Positions 25,204 to 34,853 are shown, counted from the stretch's first letter. The stretch is DNA of 64,000 nt from an uncultured Gammaproteobacteria bacterium (GCA_964613815.1 CAZTKG010000001.1:8895-72894); one strand, 5' to 3'. A program made the numbers and translations. Notes: generated from the letters alone by a model not told the origin.

Positions 25204-26133
25204 TTATCGGTTTGTTGTTCCAATGTCAATGGCTTGATGGCCTTTTGTGAATTTTTCGGTAGTCATTTTAGGTTTTCCTTCTGGTTGGAGAGTGTGGATT
25301 TTTAGGGCGGTTGTGATTGTGCCGATGTGGATTGTGTTGTTTTCGATGAGGACTTGGGCTGGTTTGAGTTTTTTGGTTGAGATGGATGCTTCGTGGATTT
25401 TTAGGCGTTTTCCGTCAGTGAGTATCGTAAATGTTCCGGGCCAGGGGGTTAGGCCTCGGATTTGGTTGTAGATGGTTTGCGCAGGTTGGTTCCAGTTGAT
25501 TTTTCCGTCTTCTCGTTTGAGGATGTGGCAGTAGGTGGCGGCATCATGATTTTGTTCCTGGGGGGTGATCGTGCCTGCTGCGTAGTTTTTGATGGTTTTG
25601 ATGAGGAGTGGGGCGCCGATGGTCTCTACGTTGGCTTTGAGCGTTTCGGGGGTATCGGTTTTTGATACGGTGATTGGCTCTTGGGCGAGGATTGGGCCGT
25701 GGTCCATTTGGTCGTCTAGGAGCATGATGGAGATGGCTGTTTCTGTGTCTCCGGCGACAATGGCGGATTGGATGGGGGATGGGCCTCGGTAGGCGGGGAG
25801 TTTTGAAGGGTGGACGTTGATGGAGCCTTGTTTTGGAATATCTAAAATTGTTTGGGGGATGATTTTGCCGTAGGCGATGACGATGAAGAGGTCGGGAGAT
25901 TCGTTTGTGAGGGTTTTGATGAGGGCATCAGTTTTAAGTGATGTTGGTTGGTGGACGAGGATGTTATGTGATTCTGCCCAGGTTTTCGCGGGAGGGGGAG
26001 TGATGGTTTTTTTGCGGCCGACGGGTTTGTCTGGTTGGGTGATGAGGGAAGTGATGGTGAGGTCGGGGTCGGCGTGGACGGCCTCGAAGAAGGGGATGGC
26101 GAATTTGGGGGTGCCTAGGAGGGTGATGTTCAT
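25204..26133 (-). CDS. fmt: methionyl-tRNA formyltransferase
   Basis: N-terminal formyltransferase fold (HPSKLPAYRGPSPIQSAI) plus C-terminal Fmt domain. Confidence 0.9.
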   Translation of the reverse strand: MNITLLGTPKFAIPFFEAVHADPDLTITSLITQPDKPVGRKKTITPPPAKTWAESHNILVHQPTSLKTDALIKTLTNESPDLFIVIAYGKIIPQTILDIPKQGSINVHPSKLPAYRGPSPIQSAIVAGDTETAISIMLLDDQMDHGPILAQEPITVSKTDTPETLKANVETIGAPLLIKTIKNYAAGTITPQEQNHDAATYCHILKREDGKINWNQPAQTIYNQIRGLTPWPGTFTILTDGKRLKIHEASISTKKLKPAQVLIENNTIHIGTITTALKIHTLQPEGKPKMTTEKFTKGHQAIDIGTTNR

Positions 26134-26134
26134 A

Positions 26135-26620
26135 TTAGAGATAAGCTTCTTCGGGGATGTCGCCTTTTGTGATTTTTTTGGCTTTTTCGATGAAGAGGAT
26201 GCCGTCTAGGTGGTCGATTTCGTGTTGGAAGACGATGGAGAGGAGTTTGTCGGCTTTGATGCGGACGGGGTCACCGTTTCGATCTTTGGCTTTGATTTTG
26301 CAGGATTTGTGGCGTTCGACAATGCCCCAGACGCCTGGGATGGAGAGGCAGCCCTCTTGGAAGTCGATCTTCGTGTTTGAGGTGGAGATGATTTTGGGGT
26401 TGATGAAGGCTTGTGGGCCTTTTTTGGTTTCGGCGATGATGATGCGGACGTTTTCTCCGATTTGTGGAGCGGCGATACCGATGCCATTTTCTGCCGCCAT
26501 GGTTTCGATCATGTTGTCGATGAGGGTTTGGATTTTTTCTGACTGAATATCGGCATCAGGTACGGGGGCTGATGGGGTGTTAAGGGTTTTGTTTGGGTGG
26601 GTGAGGACGTTGAGTTTCAT
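26135..26620 (-). CDS. def: peptide deformylase
   Basis: GIGIAAPQIG, EGCLSIPG, HEIDHLDG: the three PDF motifs. Confidence 0.9.
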   Translation of the reverse strand: MKLNVLTHPNKTLNTPSAPVPDADIQSEKIQTLIDNMIETMAAENGIGIAAPQIGENVRIIIAETKKGPQAFINPKIISTSNTKIDFQEGCLSIPGVWGIVERHKSCKIKAKDRNGDPVRIKADKLLSIVFQHEIDHLDGILFIEKAKKITKGDIPEEAYL

Positions 26621-28379
26621 AGGTTGTTAGGGTGGTTTCGATGATGCAGGCGTCGGGGAGGGTTTTTAAGAGAGGGGTTATGGAAGGGGTTTGTAATGGA
26701 TGCGTTCTGATGGTGATTTTGTTGTCTTGTTGTTCTGTTTCTGCTTGAGGGGGGAGGGCGCCAATGAAGTCTGGAGGGACTTGATGGGTTTTTGGGGTGA
26801 TGGTGATTTCATCAAATGCAGGTGGGAGGTGGTAGTCGTTTGCGAGGTCGGTTTGGGATTTGATGAAGGATTCTGCGTTTAGGGTTGGGGTGACGATTTC
26901 TGGGATCCAGGTTTGGACGATGTGCGTTGCGTTTTGTTGTTTTGCGATGTAGTGGGAGCGGTAGAGTGTTCGTGCCATTCTTTGTGTTGCGTCTTGGTCA
27001 GCCATGGAAAGTTCTTGGTCGATGCTGATGTGGGCGATGAGGTTGAACGTTTGAGGAAAGAATGGTTTCCAGATTTGGTTGAAGAAGTATTCTGTGGCGA
27101 TGTTGATGTCGGCGTCTGGGTTGCCTGGATGCTGTTTGTCGATAATTTTGATGGAAGCTTTTGGAAACGCTTTTTGGATGATGGATTTGAGGCGGGCGTT
27201 TCCGATGCCTTTTTGTTTCCAGTCCATGGATCTGCAGTTTGGGCAGGAGGAGGCTTTTTGTGGAAGTTTGCAGAGGGTGCAGAATGGAGCGTTGTCTTGG
27301 TTTTTGAGGATCGATTGGCAGGTTTTGCAGCGGAGAATTTGTTTACAGGTGCCGCATTGGAAGCGTCTTGAAGTACCTTTTCGATTGAATGAAAGTAGCA
27401 CGGATTTAGGGGTTTGTAAAGCGTCAGTGATGGCATCGATGAGGCTAGAGGAGAGGAGTGGGAAGGGGGATTGCTGTTCTTCTGCTTTGAGGTCGATGAT
27501 GGTCAGGGTGGGGTGATTATCGAAAACGGATGCTTGGTAGGGAAGGGGGTCTGTTTGGAGGAGGGTGGCGTTATGCTGTTTGGTGAGAAGTTTTGCGGCG
27601 GTGCGGGCGTCGAATCTTGGGTTTCGTTTGGTGTTTTTGTGGGCTTCGTCGGAGGCGCATTCGATAATGACAAATGAAAGGTTGTGAGCTGGGAGAAGAG
27701 CGCCAACTTTTGTGGCGATGAGTGTTGTGCAAGTGCCAGTGCGCCAGGCTTTTTGGATGGTTTGACGGTGGGGTTTTGACGTTTTGCCGTGGATAGCGAG
27801 AGCGTTTGGGAATGAGAGGGATTTGGCGAGATTGTCGACATCTCTTCCTGTGGGAAGGAGGATGAGGGTTTGGTTTGGGGCGTTTTTGGCGAGGATGGAA
27901 AAAAGCGTCCAGGCGGTTTCTGGAGAAGATTGGATGGTGAGGGATTTGGTGGTTTTGATGGTTGGGAGGAGGGATTTGATGCGGTCGGCTGCGTGTTTTG
28001 AGATGGAGGTCTGGGGGTTTGTTGGATTTTCCCATCTCGACCTTGTGGAGAGATCTCTCGACTGCGCTCGAGATGGGGAAGAAGGGAATATGAAAAAGAG
28101 GAGACTTGGGACGGATTGGCCGATGGAAGTAGCAATAGATTCAAGGCGGGTGATGTCGGCTGAGGTTATTAGATTTTTGATCGCGATGCCGGAGATCGGT
28201 TTGGCGTTTGGAACTTCTGCGGTTTGGTTGATTTTGGCGACGATACCGGTTGTCTTGAAACCTCGGATGGTGATGTAGACGAGGTCGCCGATATTAGTGT
28301 TTACTCCTGCTGGAATTTGGTAATCAAAAACACCGAACCTCCTTGGCATTCGGCGGATTGGGTAGACCTGGGCAATCAT
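26580..28379 (-). CDS. priA: primosomal protein N' (PriA helicase) carrying an in-frame repeat-element insertion near residues 95-115
   Basis: N-terminal MIAQVYPIRRMPRRFGVFDYQIP...GDLVYITIRG. Cys4-Cys4 zinc fingers CGTCKQILRCKTCQS...CTLCK...CPNCRS. Helicase motifs are present. The element encodes FPSSPSRAQSRDLSTRSRWE. Confidence 0.85.
   Translation of the reverse strand: MIAQVYPIRRMPRRFGVFDYQIPAGVNTNIGDLVYITIRGFKTTGIVAKINQTAEVPNAKPISGIAIKNLITSADITRLESIATSIGQSVPSLLFFIFPSSPSRAQSRDLSTRSRWENPTNPQTSISKHAADRIKSLLPTIKTTKSLTIQSSPETAWTLFSILAKNAPNQTLILLPTGRDVDNLAKSLSFPNALAIHGKTSKPHRQTIQKAWRTGTCTTLIATKVGALLPAHNLSFVIIECASDEAHKNTKRNPRFDARTAAKLLTKQHNATLLQTDPLPYQASVFDNHPTLTIIDLKAEEQQSPFPLLSSSLIDAITDALQTPKSVLLSFNRKGTSRRFQCGTCKQILRCKTCQSILKNQDNAPFCTLCKLPQKASSCPNCRSMDWKQKGIGNARLKSIIQKAFPKASIKIIDKQHPGNPDADINIATEYFFNQIWKPFFPQTFNLIAHISIDQELSMADQDATQRMARTLYRSHYIAKQQNATHIVQTWIPEIVTPTLNAESFIKSQTDLANDYHLPPAFDEITITPKTHQVPPDFIGALPPQAETEQQDNKITIRTHPLQTPSITPLLKTLPDACIIETTLTTYETQRPHPPKQNP
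28029..28079. repeat. RPE-like palindromic element, copy 4 (short or truncated form, inside the priA CDS)
   Basis: TTCCCATCTCGACC TTGT GGAGAGATCTCTC GACTGCGC TCGAGATGGGG. Confidence 0.75.
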
Positions 28380-29170
28380 CAGATGATGGTGAAGTTGACG
28401 ATAAGTTCTCCGACGCCGAATGGGGCTTCGTAGCTGATGATGTGAGGACGGTTTGCGGTTCTGTCGAGGACGCCGAGGAGCATGCAGAGTGGGAGGTGGG
28501 CGGTTTCTTGGGCGTTTGTTTTGAGGGTTTCGTCGATACCCATGATGCCTGTGGAGTTTTGGGAGGTGATGAGGTCTTGGATGGTTTTATCGAACGCAGC
28601 GCCGTCGTCGTGAAATCCTCCTGGGGCGTAGCTTGAGAGGGTGTGAGCGAGGTCGCCGCTTGCGATGATAGCGATACGGCGGGTTGAGCTAATGAGCGAT
28701 TCTCGAAGCGCTTGGCCGAATTGGAAGTGAGCTTTGGGTGATGCCGCGGATGTGCTGATGGGGAGGAGTTTGATGTTTTTGATGTTTGTTGCGAGGGCGT
28801 TTAGGGGGATGGCGGCGGTGTGATTGAGGTGGGCTTCTGTGGTGAGGGTGATGGGTTGGTGTTCGCTGCGGAGGTGGCGTTGGAGTGTATCGACAAGATG
28901 GAGGTCGGGGTGGAATTTGGATTTAAATGTTGAGTCTCCGAGGGCGGAGAGGTCAAATTCGAAGGGGTCGTGGACGTAGAGAGTGAACGCGTCTTTTTCT
29001 GCGTTTGGATGAGAGGAGATGAGGACGATGGTGTCTGGATGGGTAGCGTAGAGTTCGTGGGAGAGTTCTTCGAGGCCTGTGAGGGTCTTTTTGGCTTCTT
29101 TAAGGCGCTCCTTGTTGATGGATTCAAGAAGGAGGGGGGAGTGAGGTGTGAAGGCGGCGAAGACGATCAT
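28379..29170 (-). CDS. LigB-family (class III extradiol dioxygenase / Memo-like) protein
   Basis: MIVFAAFTPHSPLLL ... ISSHPN ... IIASGDLAHTLS resembles YgiD/Memo/AmmeMemoRadiSam protein B layout. The start could also be at 29215. Confidence 0.5.
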   Translation of the reverse strand: MIVFAAFTPHSPLLLESINKERLKEAKKTLTGLEELSHELYATHPDTIVLISSHPNAEKDAFTLYVHDPFEFDLSALGDSTFKSKFHPDLHLVDTLQRHLRSEHQPITLTTEAHLNHTAAIPLNALATNIKNIKLLPISTSAASPKAHFQFGQALRESLISSTRRIAIIASGDLAHTLSSYAPGGFHDDGAAFDKTIQDLITSQNSTGIMGIDETLKTNAQETAHLPLCMLLGVLDRTANRPHIISYEAPFGVGELIVNFTII

Positions 29171-29171
29171 A

Positions 29172-30554
29172 TTAGTTTGAGGCGATGGAGGAGTCTGCTC
29201 CTTCGATTGGGTCACCGAGGTCGTGGAGGTTTAGGGTTTTGTCGGAAACGGTGAGGATGTCGTCCCAGCTCCATCCGTAGTCGAGGAAGATTTCTGCCGA
29301 TGGGATGGCGAGACGGCGTGTTTCTGAGATGACGTAGACGGTTGGGTCTTCTGTGGCTTTGATAAGGCGGCCGTCGGGGATGCCGAGGGGGGTGCCTTCG
29401 CGGAATTGTTCGATTTCGACGGGGGCGGCGGCTCCGACGAGTGCGCCTGGGAAGCGGGATTCTAGGACAGCGTTATCGAAAATAGGGTGACGGATGCCGT
29501 CTTGGACGAAGAAGAGTGCTCCTGTAGTCGCGAGCCTGAGGAGGGTGCCTTTGGGGTGGATGGATTCTTGGGTGATGGTGGATCCGATCTCGTAGAGGCC
29601 GACGTCTTCGTCTGAGACTTGGTTGATTTCGTCTTCCATGAAGCCGATGGATTGGAAGGTTTCTAGGCTGTCGATTGGGCGGAGTGTGTCGTTGACGAGG
29701 AGGTAGATTGTGCCGTCTTCATCTTGGAGTAATGAGTAGTTTGGGAAGCTGATTGGGGTGCCGTCTGGGTAGTTGTCTAGTGATGTGTCGGAAACCGTGA
29801 TGATAAGGTTTGAATCGAATCGAGAAATGAGTGCACTCATGCTTTTGATGGCGCGTTTGTAGCCGTACTGAATGAGGTAGACGGTTTCGTCGATGTCTGA
29901 TTTGACGAGGGTTCCTGTGGGGTATTCGGTGCTGAACCAGCGCTTCCAGATGATGGAGAGGTTTTCGTTGCCGTGGAGGTGGGGGGTGTAGGCGTACATG
30001 GAGGCGGTGGCGGCGTTTTGTGGGATGACGGTGGTGCCATCGATGCTCACTGCGACGCCTGGGCCGTATTTGCCTTTTGTGGTGCCGTCAGCTTCGATAT
30101 CGGCGAGGTAGCCTTCGATGAATTGCATGGAAGATGATCGAATTTGTTTGGCAAATCCTTTCCAGCGCTGGATGTTTGGGTCGGATTTTGAGCAGTCGTC
30201 GCAAACGGCATAGCCGGCTGCCCAGTCTAGTTGGGAGTCTGATGGGTTGTCGTCTTCGACGAGGCTTTGTTCTTTTTGGATGAGAGCGAGGATGAATTTG
30301 GGTGAGATGAGGTGTTGTTGTGCGGCGCGCCAGATGATGTCTGCGGCATAGCGTGTTTTACCATCCGTGTCTTCTGTTTTGTAATCGCCGAGGTAGCCCC
30401 TGTCGAGGAAGGCTTGGATTTGGTTTCGATCAAGCGCAAAGGGGTTTGTGAGGTCGTAGTCGGAGATGATGTAGTTTGGGTCAAATGCGAGAGAATTTGC
30501 GGGGATTGTAAGAATGGTGAGAGCGATGACGAGGGTTTTGAGTGGGTGAGTCAT
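29172..30554 (-). CDS. secreted protein with signal peptide; possible glucosaminidase-like N-domain
   Basis: MTHPLKTLVIALTILTIPANSLA signal peptide. ISPKFILALIQKEQSL is weakly FlgJ/glucosaminidase-like. The ORF-track extension to 30725 is rejected. Confidence 0.55.
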   Translation of the reverse strand: MTHPLKTLVIALTILTIPANSLAFDPNYIISDYDLTNPFALDRNQIQAFLDRGYLGDYKTEDTDGKTRYAADIIWRAAQQHLISPKFILALIQKEQSLVEDDNPSDSQLDWAAGYAVCDDCSKSDPNIQRWKGFAKQIRSSSMQFIEGYLADIEADGTTKGKYGPGVAVSIDGTTVIPQNAATASMYAYTPHLHGNENLSIIWKRWFSTEYPTGTLVKSDIDETVYLIQYGYKRAIKSMSALISRFDSNLIITVSDTSLDNYPDGTPISFPNYSLLQDEDGTIYLLVNDTLRPIDSLETFQSIGFMEDEINQVSDEDVGLYEIGSTITQESIHPKGTLLRLATTGALFFVQDGIRHPIFDNAVLESRFPGALVGAAAPVEIEQFREGTPLGIPDGRLIKATEDPTVYVISETRRLAIPSAEIFLDYGWSWDDILTVSDKTLNLHDLGDPIEGADSSIASN

Positions 30555-30622
30555 AGTGGGGGTAGTATAGCATGATATTGAGGGGGATTTGGGTAAAATA
30601 ATACCCTCGATGGAGTCGAGAG

Positions 30623-31231
30623 TTACTGTTTGCGGAGGATGAGTCCGTAGAGGTGCCAGCGTTTTTGTTCGTCGACGAACGAGGGGCTGTATTGGATTTT
30701 TTCCCAGAAGGAGACAGTTTCCCATCCGGTGCGCATGTGATGGATGGTGTCTCGGTCGGTGAAGGTGATGGAGGCGTCTGGAGTGTTCCAGGTGTCTTCT
30801 GGTCCGACGAGGGTGAAGGCGAAGATGCCTCCTAGTTTGAGACTCGTCTGGATGGCGGCGATGAGGTCGTAGAAGTCATCGCCAGTTGCGAAGAAGAGAC
30901 AGTGGCGAGCGAGGACGAGGTCGAATCGTTCTGTGCCGAAGTCGTAGTCGAGGAAGTCGGAGATGACGATGTCGATGCCTGGGACGCCGTGTTTTGCTGC
31001 GAGAACGGCGACTTCTGGTTCGGCGTCAAGGCCGATGACGGTGTCGAAATCGGCTTCGAGGAGGTAGTAGGTGTCGGTGAGGCCTCCGCAGCCGATTTCG
31101 ATGGCGGTGCCTCGCGTGTGGACGGCGGCGACGGCGGCGCGGACGAGGGGGGTGGGGGCGTCGTTTGCGTGGGCACGGACGAAGTTGGCCCAGGAGAAGT
31201 CGGAAGGGGGAGGGGTGTCGGTGGTGGTCAT
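30623..31231 (-). CDS. class I SAM-dependent methyltransferase
   Basis: Motif I IEIGCGGLTDTYYLL, motif II DIVISDFL, LKLGGIFAF. Confidence 0.7.
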   Translation of the reverse strand: MTTTDTPPPSDFSWANFVRAHANDAPTPLVRAAVAAVHTRGTAIEIGCGGLTDTYYLLEADFDTVIGLDAEPEVAVLAAKHGVPGIDIVISDFLDYDFGTERFDLVLARHCLFFATGDDFYDLIAAIQTSLKLGGIFAFTLVGPEDTWNTPDASITFTDRDTIHHMRTGWETVSFWEKIQYSPSFVDEQKRWHLYGLILRKQ

Positions 31232-31240
31232 GAGGGGCTC

Positions 31241-31483
31241 CTAGATGAGGCGTTTGTTTCGGAAGGCTATTCCGGAGGAGGTTTTTAGGTATTTTTCAAA
31301 GTTCGATGCTGTTTGTCGATTTGGAAAGGCTGCGTAGAAGATGATTTTCCAGGGTTTGAATCGAGCGGTGTGCGGGGATCGTCCGGCGTTGTGGGATTTG
31401 AGTCGGGACGCGAGGTGTTGGGATATGCCTACGTAGGTTTTTGTCGGGAAGCGGGTGCTTCGGAGGATGTAAACGTAGTGCAT
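31241..31483 (-). CDS. GIY-YIG nuclease family protein (second copy in window)
   Basis: MHYVYILRSTRFPTKTYVGISQHLASRLKSHN; the longer ORF to 31552 is rejected. Confidence 0.7.
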   Translation of the reverse strand: MHYVYILRSTRFPTKTYVGISQHLASRLKSHNAGRSPHTARFKPWKIIFYAAFPNRQTASNFEKYLKTSSGIAFRNKRLI

Positions 31484-31512
31484 GCAGACGTTGCTTAGTC
31501 TTGGGTGTGGCC

Positions 31513-31652
31513 CGTTCTTCGCTCTGCGAGCTACGAAGGGCATTCTTCGCATTTTTTTTGATGCGAGTTCGTGCCTTCGAGTTTGTTAGCAATATGGCTT
31601 GCCATTCGTGCCCGTTCTTCGCTCAGCGGCGCCGAGCTACGAAGGGCAAACT
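31513..31652. repeat. two direct copies (31513..31547 and 31606..31652) of GCCCGTTCTTCGCTC(N)GCGAGCTACGAAGGGCA between GIY-YIG-2 and tRNA-Ala
   Basis: Seen directly in the sequence. A palindrome AAACTTCCCCCCGGGAAGTTT (31646..31666) abuts the tRNA 3' end. Confidence 0.4.
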
Positions 31653-31667
31653 TCCCCCCGGGAAGTT

Positions 31668-31743
31668 TGGTGGACCCTAGCGGATTTGAACCGCTGACCT
31701 CCTGCATGCCATGCAGGCGCTCTACCAGCTGAGCTAAGGGCCC
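31668..31743 (-). tRNA. tRNA-Ala (anticodon GGC), CCA encoded
   Basis: - strand: GGGCCCTTAGCTCAGCTGGTAGAGCGCCTGCATGGCATGCAGGAGGTCAGCGGTTCAAATCCGCTAGGGTCCACCA. Cloverleaf fits. G3:U70 Ala identity pair. Anticodon loop AUGGCAU. Confidence 0.85.
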
Positions 31744-31968
31744 GGAAATACACTCTCCCTGCTGGGACTTCATTGTTGTTGACAGGATAACTATATGGAT
31801 GAGGGTCTTTGCAGGGAGAGTGTGAGAAGGAGAGTCCTTGCGAGGTTCGGTGCGCGGCGAGGGTCCGAATCCATCCGCGCGCTGTCTTGCATGGACCTGG
31901 TGCGATATTATTGTTTTTTTGGCTGATTGTCAATAAAAAGAACTCGCTTTTGGCGAGATCACGAGGCG

Positions 31969-32304
31969 TTATTGCGAGTTGAAGATTTCGAGAAGTTCCG
32001 TAAACGGAGCGTTGACTTCTTTTGGGGGTCTGAAGGTTCGGATGGGGCCGGTGCCGTGGGGGAAGTCGAAGGCGAAATGGCAGTATGCGCCTCTATCATC
32101 GGGATTTGCTCTGCACTTGTCTGCGTGGCCGCCGGCGTTGTAGAGGCAATCTTGTGGGGCGCAGGTGATGCCGCCTCCGGCGAGGAGGGAGTCGTCGCGG
32201 AAGAGGAGTCCGACGGTGACGGGGTGCGAGGTCTGAAGGGCTGGGTCTCCGTTGCTGGTTCTGCCTGGGCATTGGACGACGATGGTGCGTTCTGCGGTGT
32301 TCAC
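31969..32304 (-). CDS. hypothetical cysteine-rich protein (111 aa), GC-rich
   Basis: AGGAGA 5 nt upstream of the ATG; five Cys residues. The antisense ORF 31927..32343 is low-complexity and rejected. Confidence 0.45.
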   Translation of the reverse strand: MNTAERTIVVQCPGRTSNGDPALQTSHPVTVGLLFRDDSLLAGGGITCAPQDCLYNAGGHADKCRANPDDRGAYCHFAFDFPHGTGPIRTFRPPKEVNAPFTELLEIFNSQ

Positions 32305-32402
32305 ATGTCTCCTAGGGAGGGTGAAAGTGGAATATATGTGTAGATTTGGTTGATGTCAAGGGTTGTATTGTTTTGAGATTTTGGTAAGGTCTTGGGGTTC
32401 TT

Positions 32403-33005
32403 TTGGAGGTTCTTGTGTCAAAGATTCTTGGTATTGTCGCCATCATCGTTGCGCTTATGTCGGCGGTTCTCTACGTCAAGCAGCTTCTGACGACCGGGAA
32501 GAAGTTGAGCATCTCTACGTGGACGATTTCATCGGTGGTGCTGATGATCAACGCGTTCGTTTTTCACGATTTGGCCGAATCGAATTGGTACGAATCTGGA
32601 AATGTGTTCGTTGTCGCGTTCAGTGTCGTGTTTGTGACCGTTTGGTCGTGGTTTACCGGGCAGTTGACCATGGTGACGATTCCGGATGCTGTTGCTGTGA
32701 CTGGTGCGCTCGGGATTGGATATTTTTGGTTCACGGGTGGTGATACAGCGCTTGCGAGTGGGGCGCTTGTGGCCGTGTGCGGGATTTCGCTTGCAATGAC
32801 AGTGATCGGTCTTGTGGATGGTGATCTTGAAGATGAGCCTGAGGCGTGGTTTTTGACTGCGATTTCGTCGGTGTTTCAGATCTCGGCGATTTATTTCAAT
32901 CCTGATGGGTGGGTTTGGCACCGGTTTATGTATCCGATGGCGATTGGGTTGGTGGGAAACTTGACCGTCGCCTTGGTGATCATGTTCTCGGTGGTGAGGC
33001 GCTGA
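32403..33005 (+). CDS. hypothetical polytopic membrane protein
   Basis: Six hydrophobic segments; no recognised motif. Confidence 0.5.
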   Translation: MEVLVSKILGIVAIIVALMSAVLYVKQLLTTGKKLSISTWTISSVVLMINAFVFHDLAESNWYESGNVFVVAFSVVFVTVWSWFTGQLTMVTIPDAVAVTGALGIGYFWFTGGDTALASGALVAVCGISLAMTVIGLVDGDLEDEPEAWFLTAISSVFQISAIYFNPDGWVWHRFMYPMAIGLVGNLTVALVIMFSVVRR

Positions 33006-33012
33006 ATTCTAG

Positions 33013-33036
33013 CTCTCGATGCGTCGAGGGTTTTTT
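33013..33036 (+). terminator. intrinsic terminator
   Basis: CTCGA-TGCG-TCGAG followed by GGTTTTTT. Confidence 0.55.
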
Positions 33037-33074
33037 GTTAGAATTAGTGCATTGCTCGATTATTGATTTTTTAC

Positions 33075-34835
33075 ATGTTTGGAGATTTTGGAAAGTATAA
33101 AAAAGTTTATTCGCATCTTTTTGATACGTATGGGAGGTCATGGCAGGTTTGTTTGTCGTTTATTCTTCAGATTATCAGTCGGGCTTGTAAGTTTATTTTT
33201 CTTCCGATTGCAATTAGTTTGATTATTGCGAATTTATCGGTTCAGGATTTTGATGGAGCGTATCGGTCTGTGTATTTGTTTGTTGCGTTTTCTTTGACGC
33301 TTGGGATTTTGACGCCAATGGTTCAATATCTTGGGATGAAGGGGGAGAATCCTGTGTATCAGGAATTGACAGGTTCTTATTTTTCCCGGTTGATTACATC
33401 TGATATTGAATATTTGAATTCTCATTTGGCTGGCTACCTCACGGCTGCGACTCGTCATTATGTTGATGCTGGTGTGACGCTTGTTCGGGTGTTTCGCGAT
33501 CGGTTTATAAATACGATTTTGGGGATTTTATTGCCTCTTGTGGTGATTTTTTGGGTAGACATTGTTTTGGGGTTTGTTGCATTAGGGTTGAGTATTGTGC
33601 AAGCGGTTTATTTGGTTTGGGCTTCTCATGCTATTTCGCCATATCGAACAATGTCTCGAGAGCTTTATAAGAAAAATTCTGGAAGAATTGCTGATGTTGT
33701 TTCGAATATTCTCGCTGTGCGTTCTTTTGCTATGGAAGAGCATTACGCGAACCGTGCTCGGAGAGATGCATCTCGTGAGGCGGATGTTTTTACTAAACGT
33801 TATGGTGTTCAGGCTAAGTTGATTGGTGTTCGAACGGGTATTACAGTCATTTTTTTCATGATTCTTCTTTGGCTTGTTGTGGAGCGAATGAGCGGAGGAG
33901 CACTTGATATTGCTGAGGCGGTGCTTATTGTGACGTATACGGGAACTATTTTGACGGGCATTCAGAGCCTTTCTAGTAATTTGGATGAGCATGATGATCT
34001 TGTTGATAAGATTGTGCCCGCGTTTGAGATTTTGGATCGTCAGAATAAGATTTGTGATCTAGATGAGCCGGCGACGTTTGATCATGTGGGAGGAGAGATT
34101 GTTTTTGACCATATTTCGTTTTCATACTATGAGGGGAAGAAGGGGCAAAATGTGTTTGATGGGTTTTCTTTGCGGATTCCGGAAGGGCAGAAGCTTGGGG
34201 TTGTTGGGCTTAGTGGGGCGGGGAAGAGTACGATTACGAAGTTGCTTTTGCGATTTAATGATGTAGATCGTGGACGTGTTTTGATTGATGGGGTTGATAT
34301 TCGAGATGTTCGTCAGCAGGATTTGCGGCGACAGATTTCGTATGTGCCGCAGGAGCCGTTGTTATTTCATGCATCAATTAAGGACAATGTTCTTTTGTCA
34401 GATCCTGACGCTTCTGTGCGTGCATTAAATAAGGCGCTTCGATCGGCGCATGCGTTTGATTTTATTCAGCGGCTTCCGGATGGGGTGGATAGTATTGTTG
34501 GTGAGCGTGGGGTGAAGTTAAGTGGTGGGCAGAAGCAGCGCGTTGCTATTGCTCGGGCGGTGCTTCAGAGTGCGCCTATTATAATTTTGGATGAGGCGAC
34601 AAGCGCGCTTGATAGTGAGAGTGAGCAGATTATTAAGGATTCATTTAGTGAGATATTGAAAGGGAAGACGGCGATTGTTGTTGCGCATCGTTTGAGTACG
34701 CTTTCTGATATGGATCGGATTATTGTGATTGAGGATGGAAAGATTGCAGAGGATGGGACGCATGCGTCGCTACTGAGAAAGCGAGGTGTTTATGCGAATA
34801 TGTGGAAGCGGCAGCTGCGGCACGAGGAAGGTTGA
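33075..34835 (+). CDS. ABC exporter, fused permease/ATP-binding
   Basis: Walker A GLSGAGKST, LSGGQKQR, IIILDEATSALD, VVAHRLST, with an N-terminal 6-TM domain. Confidence 0.85.
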   Translation: MFGDFGKYKKVYSHLFDTYGRSWQVCLSFILQIISRACKFIFLPIAISLIIANLSVQDFDGAYRSVYLFVAFSLTLGILTPMVQYLGMKGENPVYQELTGSYFSRLITSDIEYLNSHLAGYLTAATRHYVDAGVTLVRVFRDRFINTILGILLPLVVIFWVDIVLGFVALGLSIVQAVYLVWASHAISPYRTMSRELYKKNSGRIADVVSNILAVRSFAMEEHYANRARRDASREADVFTKRYGVQAKLIGVRTGITVIFFMILLWLVVERMSGGALDIAEAVLIVTYTGTILTGIQSLSSNLDEHDDLVDKIVPAFEILDRQNKICDLDEPATFDHVGGEIVFDHISFSYYEGKKGQNVFDGFSLRIPEGQKLGVVGLSGAGKSTITKLLLRFNDVDRGRVLIDGVDIRDVRQQDLRRQISYVPQEPLLFHASIKDNVLLSDPDASVRALNKALRSAHAFDFIQRLPDGVDSIVGERGVKLSGGQKQRVAIARAVLQSAPIIILDEATSALDSESEQIIKDSFSEILKGKTAIVVAHRLSTLSDMDRIIVIEDGKIAEDGTHASLLRKRGVYANMWKRQLRHEEG

Positions 34836-34853
34836 TCGTTTGATGTTTCTTCT

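Noticed and set aside
31637-31933. 98-aa - strand ORF.
   Set aside because: It overlaps tRNA-Ala entirely.
31927-32343. + strand ORF of 138 aa.
   Set aside because: G/A/V/E/D low-complexity translation. The - strand ORF 31969..32304 has an AGGAGA RBS and a more protein-like sequence.
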